Source of the DNA: an uncultured Planctomycetales bacterium | GTDB taxonomy: Bacteria; Planctomycetota; Phycisphaerae; UBA1845; Fen-1342 | Assembly (NCBI GenBank): GCA_964550375.1 | Contig: CAZJYX010000001.1 | Coordinates: forward strand, 2,049 to 66,048 | Direction: 5' to 3' | DNA: 64,000 nucleotides | In this document: piece by piece, positions 60,621 to 64,000 of the stretch | Numbering within the stretch: the stretch's first letter is position 1 | Layout of the letters: the number at the start of each line of letters is the position of its first letter | Notes under the pieces: generated by a model | What the model was told of the DNA's origin: nothing | What the model saw: the letters and a program-made list of their open reading frames with translations, nothing else | The model's database searches: none | Translations under genes and position numbers: made by a program

Positions 60621-61565
60621 TCACATCTGCTTCTCGTAGTTTTCCAGAATGCGCTGCAGCTCGGCCTTGATGGCGTCATTGGGGGCGCGCGCAACCGCCT
60701 TCTTCTGCAGCTCAATGGCCTCGGCCTTCTGGCCGTTGTCCCACAAGGCGCGGGCGTAAGTGTCGAGGATGCTGAAGTCTTCGCCGCCGGTGGCTTCGTT
60801 GGCGCTGCGGGCGGCCCGCAGGGCGAGCTGCAGGTCGCGCGTCTTGACGCCCTCGGCCGTGAGAATGGTCCAGGAGAGCATATTGAGCAGGTTGGCCTCG
60901 CCGTCCAGCTCCTTGAGGACCTTCTCGCCGAGCTCAGCGGCGCGCCGGGCGTCGTCTGATACCGATACGAGCATCAAGTACTCACCCAACAGCGCCTCCT
61001 GCCGAGCCATGCGCTCCATTATCCGCGAGGTGACGGCTTGCAGCGACTTAACGTCGTACTGGCCGGAGACGACCTGCTCCACGACCTCGTCGAGCCCCAG
61101 CATCGGGTGGCCTTCCCAAACGATGCGGCCTTTCTTGTCGACCACGAAGATCTGCGGAATGCCCTGGCGGCCGAAGGCGGTCATGTAGGCGGCGTGCGTA
61201 GCCTTGCCGTCGTCGAAGGCGACCGTGTACTCCATGCTGTTGCCGCGTTCCTTCATGAACTTCTGAACGGCCTCCGGCTCCTCCCCGCTCGTCACGGCAA
61301 TCACGACGACGCCGCGGTCCGCATACTTCTTCTGGATGGCGCTCAAGTGCGGAATGCTCTGCCGGCACGGCCCGCACCACGTGGCCCAGAACTTCACGAC
61401 GTATACGTGCTTGTCCAGCCCGTCACGCACGTTGACCGGCTGGCCCTTCAGCCACTCCTTGATCTGGAGCGGCGGGGCGGGGCTACCCAGCTCCAGGGCC
61501 ACCGCGGCGGCACCGGTCAGAGTCAGCACAACCAGCGTTACCACGGCGTGTCGTAACTTGTACAT
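60621..61565 (-). CDS. secreted TlpA-like thiol:disulfide oxidoreductase (redoxin) with C-terminal TPR-like extension
   Basis: Signal/TM N-terminus; WATWCGPC active site; helical C-terminal half. Confidence 0.75.
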   Translation of the reverse strand: MYKLRHAVVTLVVLTLTGAAAVALELGSPAPPLQIKEWLKGQPVNVRDGLDKHVYVVKFWATWCGPCRQSIPHLSAIQKKYADRGVVVIAVTSGEEPEAVQKFMKERGNSMEYTVAFDDGKATHAAYMTAFGRQGIPQIFVVDKKGRIVWEGHPMLGLDEVVEQVVSGQYDVKSLQAVTSRIMERMARQEALLGEYLMLVSVSDDARRAAELGEKVLKELDGEANLLNMLSWTILTAEGVKTRDLQLALRAARSANEATGGEDFSILDTYARALWDNGQKAEAIELQKKAVARAPNDAIKAELQRILENYEKQM

Positions 61566-61813
61566 GAACGCTCCTAGGTTCTGGGACTACCGGGGCACTG
61601 CGCACCCTGTGGGGCCGCGTCCTACTTCTCCAAACCTACACCGCCGCGGCGGTATTCCGCAAGCCTCGGCCCACGGCCGGCTTCCGGCCCCCTTGACTGC
61701 CGTGGTAGAGTCTTGGGTTCTGGATCATGCGGATCCGCTCTCGCCCCTGACGGGCTCGCCGTGTCGATCCGCCGGGAGCGGATTAGCGACCTTCTACTAC
61801 GGAGGCCACTATC

Positions 61814-62998
61814 GTGCCCAAGCGAACGATCGTCAGTCTGCCGGGCGATGGCATCGGCAAAGTTGTGCTGCCCGAGGCAATCCGCGTCCTCGAAGCAGCG
61901 GGATTCCAGGCCGATTACGTGCACGCCGACATCGGCTGGGAGTTCTGGATCAAAGAGGGCAATGCCCTGCCCGAGCGGACCATCAAGGCGCTCGAACAGC
62001 ACAAGATCGGCCTGTTTGGGGCCATTACTTCCAAGCCCAAGGACAAGGCCGCCGCCGAGTTGGCACCTGAGCTGCGCGACAAGGGCTACGTCTACTACAG
62101 CCCGATCGTCGGCCTGCGTCAGCATTTCAACCTGGACGTTTGCATCCGGCCGTGTCGTTCTTTTCCCGGCAACCCGCTCAACTTCGTGCGGCGCGGCCCG
62201 GGGGACACCATTGAGGAGCCGCCGGTCAACGCCGTCATCTTCCGGCAGAACACCGAGGGTCTCTACGGCGGTGTCGAATGGACCAACCCGCCCGACCAGG
62301 TCTACGCGGCCCTGGCCACGCACCCCAAGTTCGCCGCCTTCAAGGATTGCCCGCGCGCGGACCTGGCCGTCTCGACCCGCATTTTCACTCGCAACGCCTG
62401 CCGCCGCATCGCCCGCGCGGCCTTCGAGTACGCCAAGAAGTTTGGCTATAAGTCGGTCACCATCTGCGAGAAGCCCAACGTCATTCGCGAAACCTCCGGC
62501 ATGCTGACCTTCGAGACTCGCGCCGTGGGCCGCGACTACCCCGGCATCGAGGTCTGGGAGACCAACATCGACGCCCAGATGATGTGGCTGACCAAGAACC
62601 CCGAGGACTATGGTGTCATCGTGGCCGGCAACATGTTCGGCGATATCGTGTCAGACGGTTTCGCCGGCCTGGTGGGCGGCTTGGGCTTCGCCTGCAGCGC
62701 CAACATCGGCGACGAGATCGCCGTCTTCGAGCCAACACACGGCTCCGCCCCCAAGTACGAGCGGCTGGATCCGCCGATTGTCAACCCGATCGCGATGGTA
62801 TTGAGCGCCTGCATGATGCTCGACCACATCGGCGAGGCGGACAAGGCCACGCGGATTCGAAGCGCCATCGCCGCCGTCATCGCCGAAGGCCGCGTGCGCG
62901 TGTACGACATGCTCAAGCTCAAGGGCGGCCCGGACGTGATCAAGCAGGGCGCCGCCACGACTACGCAGATGACCGACGCCATCATAGCCAAGCTGTAG
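61814..62998 (+). CDS. isocitrate/isopropylmalate dehydrogenase family enzyme
   Basis: SLPGDGIGKVV N-terminus; NMFGDIVSDGFAGLVGGLG...PTHGSAPKY; MVLSACMML. Subfamily not resolvable by eye. Confidence 0.8.
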   Translation: MPKRTIVSLPGDGIGKVVLPEAIRVLEAAGFQADYVHADIGWEFWIKEGNALPERTIKALEQHKIGLFGAITSKPKDKAAAELAPELRDKGYVYYSPIVGLRQHFNLDVCIRPCRSFPGNPLNFVRRGPGDTIEEPPVNAVIFRQNTEGLYGGVEWTNPPDQVYAALATHPKFAAFKDCPRADLAVSTRIFTRNACRRIARAAFEYAKKFGYKSVTICEKPNVIRETSGMLTFETRAVGRDYPGIEVWETNIDAQMMWLTKNPEDYGVIVAGNMFGDIVSDGFAGLVGGLGFACSANIGDEIAVFEPTHGSAPKYERLDPPIVNPIAMVLSACMMLDHIGEADKATRIRSAIAAVIAEGRVRVYDMLKLKGGPDVIKQGAATTTQMTDAIIAKL

Positions 62999-63064
62999 CG
63001 TCGCCCGGGCATCATGCGGCCCTGGCCCGCGGGCGGCCGGCGGTCAGATTCGGAGACTTATTAC

Positions 63065-64000
63065 ATGGCTCAAACGCTGATTGAGAAGATCGCTCAGAAA
63101 TACGCCGTCGGTCTGCCCGCCGGCCACGAGGTGCATGCCGGGGACTTTCTATCCATTCAGCCGGCCCACGTCATGACGCATGACAACACGTCGGCCGTCA
63201 TTCCGAAGTTCGCATCCATCGGGGCGAAGAAGGTCCGCGACCCACGCCAACCCGTCTTCGCCCTCGACCACGACATCCAGAACCAGGCCGACGACAACCT
63301 CGCCAAGTACGCCAAGATCGAGCAGTTCGCACGCGACCACGGCATCGCCTTCCATCCGGCCGGCCGCGGAATCGGCCACCAGATCATGATCGAGGAAGGC
63401 TTCGTCCTGCCCGGCTCCTTCGTGGTCGCCTCCGATTCACACTCGAACATCTACGGTGGCCTGGCCGCGCTGGGCACCCCCGTCGTTCGCACCGACGCGG
63501 CCGCTATCTGGGCCACCGGCCGCACCTGGTGGCAGGTGCCCGATATCGTCAAGGTCAATTTCACCGGTCGGCTCAGCCCCGGCGCCACCGGCAAGGATGT
63601 CATCATCGTCCTGTGCGGCCTCTTCAACAGCGACGAAGTGCTCAACTGCTGCATCGAATTCACCGGGCCCGGCGTGGCCACCCTCAGCATCGAAGAACGC
63701 CTGGCAATCGCCAACATGACCACCGAGTGGGGCGCGCTGGCGGGCGTGTTCCCCTACGACCAGGCCACGCGCGATTACCTCCTGGCGCGGGCCGAGGTCG
63801 TCAAGCAGCGCGGCGACCAGGCGCCCCGCCTGACCGCCGGGCTGGTCGCGAAGATCGAGCAAGATGCCCCGCGCGCCGACGCGGACGCCTACTACGCCAA
63901 GACAATCGAGCTGGATCTGGCCGGCGTCACGCCGCACGTTTCCGGGCCGGACACAGTCAAGCTCATGGCCGCACTGCCGGAGATCGAGGCGCGGCACGTC
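63065..64000 (+). CDS. aconitase-family large subunit (3-isopropylmalate dehydratase/homoaconitase LeuC/HacA-like), partial at right edge
   Basis: MAQTLIEKIAQKY...HVMTHDNT...ASDSHSNIYGGLAALGTPV motifs; open to the window end. Confidence 0.8.
   Translation, partial: MAQTLIEKIAQKYAVGLPAGHEVHAGDFLSIQPAHVMTHDNTSAVIPKFASIGAKKVRDPRQPVFALDHDIQNQADDNLAKYAKIEQFARDHGIAFHPAGRGIGHQIMIEEGFVLPGSFVVASDSHSNIYGGLAALGTPVVRTDAAAIWATGRTWWQVPDIVKVNFTGRLSPGATGKDVIIVLCGLFNSDEVLNCCIEFTGPGVATLSIEERLAIANMTTEWGALAGVFPYDQATRDYLLARAEVVKQRGDQAPRLTAGLVAKIEQDAPRADADAYYAKTIELDLAGVTPHVSGPDTVKLMAALPEIEARHV

Overview
High-GC (~65-68%) bacterial chromosomal segment, gene-dense and mostly housekeeping. Three features (SecA enlarged to ~1300 aa, two tandem giant signal peptidases I with Cys4 ribbons, a secreted cyclophilin-FKBP fusion) are reminiscent of Planctomycetota-like genomes, but this is an inference from gene architecture only. 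From the left: an ankyrin-repeat gene fragment; a pyruvate/2-oxoacid:ferredoxin oxidoreductase operon (porG-GltD-like-porD fusion, then porA, porB, minus strand); an MCE protein; a response regulator plus TIM-barrel protein; a Wzx-like flippase. Between ~11.5 and 20.2 kb lies an ~8.7-kb integrative element inserted into the anticodon-loop/3' half of tRNA-Asp(GTC). It is bounded by a 42-bp direct repeat (11523-11564 and 20152-20193). It carries a tyrosine integrase, an AlpA/Xis-like gene, a Rep-like gene, a DUF5681/TerS-like gene, a Mu-gpI-like scaffold/protease-like gene and coiled-coil genes, all on the minus strand. I see no capsid, portal, large terminase or tail genes. I read it as a candidate phage-satellite-like (PICI/P4-like) element or very compact cryptic prophage; it is the most interesting system in the window. 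To the right: a partial chemotaxis module (cheB, cheX, cheY-like, FHA-GAF-PP2C phosphatase); efp; a long secA; flotillin plus NfeD; htpX; eno plus ftsB-like; a GT9 heptosyltransferase; mnmA; the two tandem signal peptidases I; lptB; a complete ISC operon (iscR-iscS-iscU-iscA-hscB-hscA-fdx); two divergent POT-family transporters with large extra domains; the cyclophilin-FKBP-FKBP PPIase; btpA; a TlpA-like redoxin; an IDH/IPMDH-family dehydrogenase; and a partial aconitase-family (LeuC/HacA-like) gene at the right edge. No rRNA, no CRISPR array and no obvious transposase were seen.
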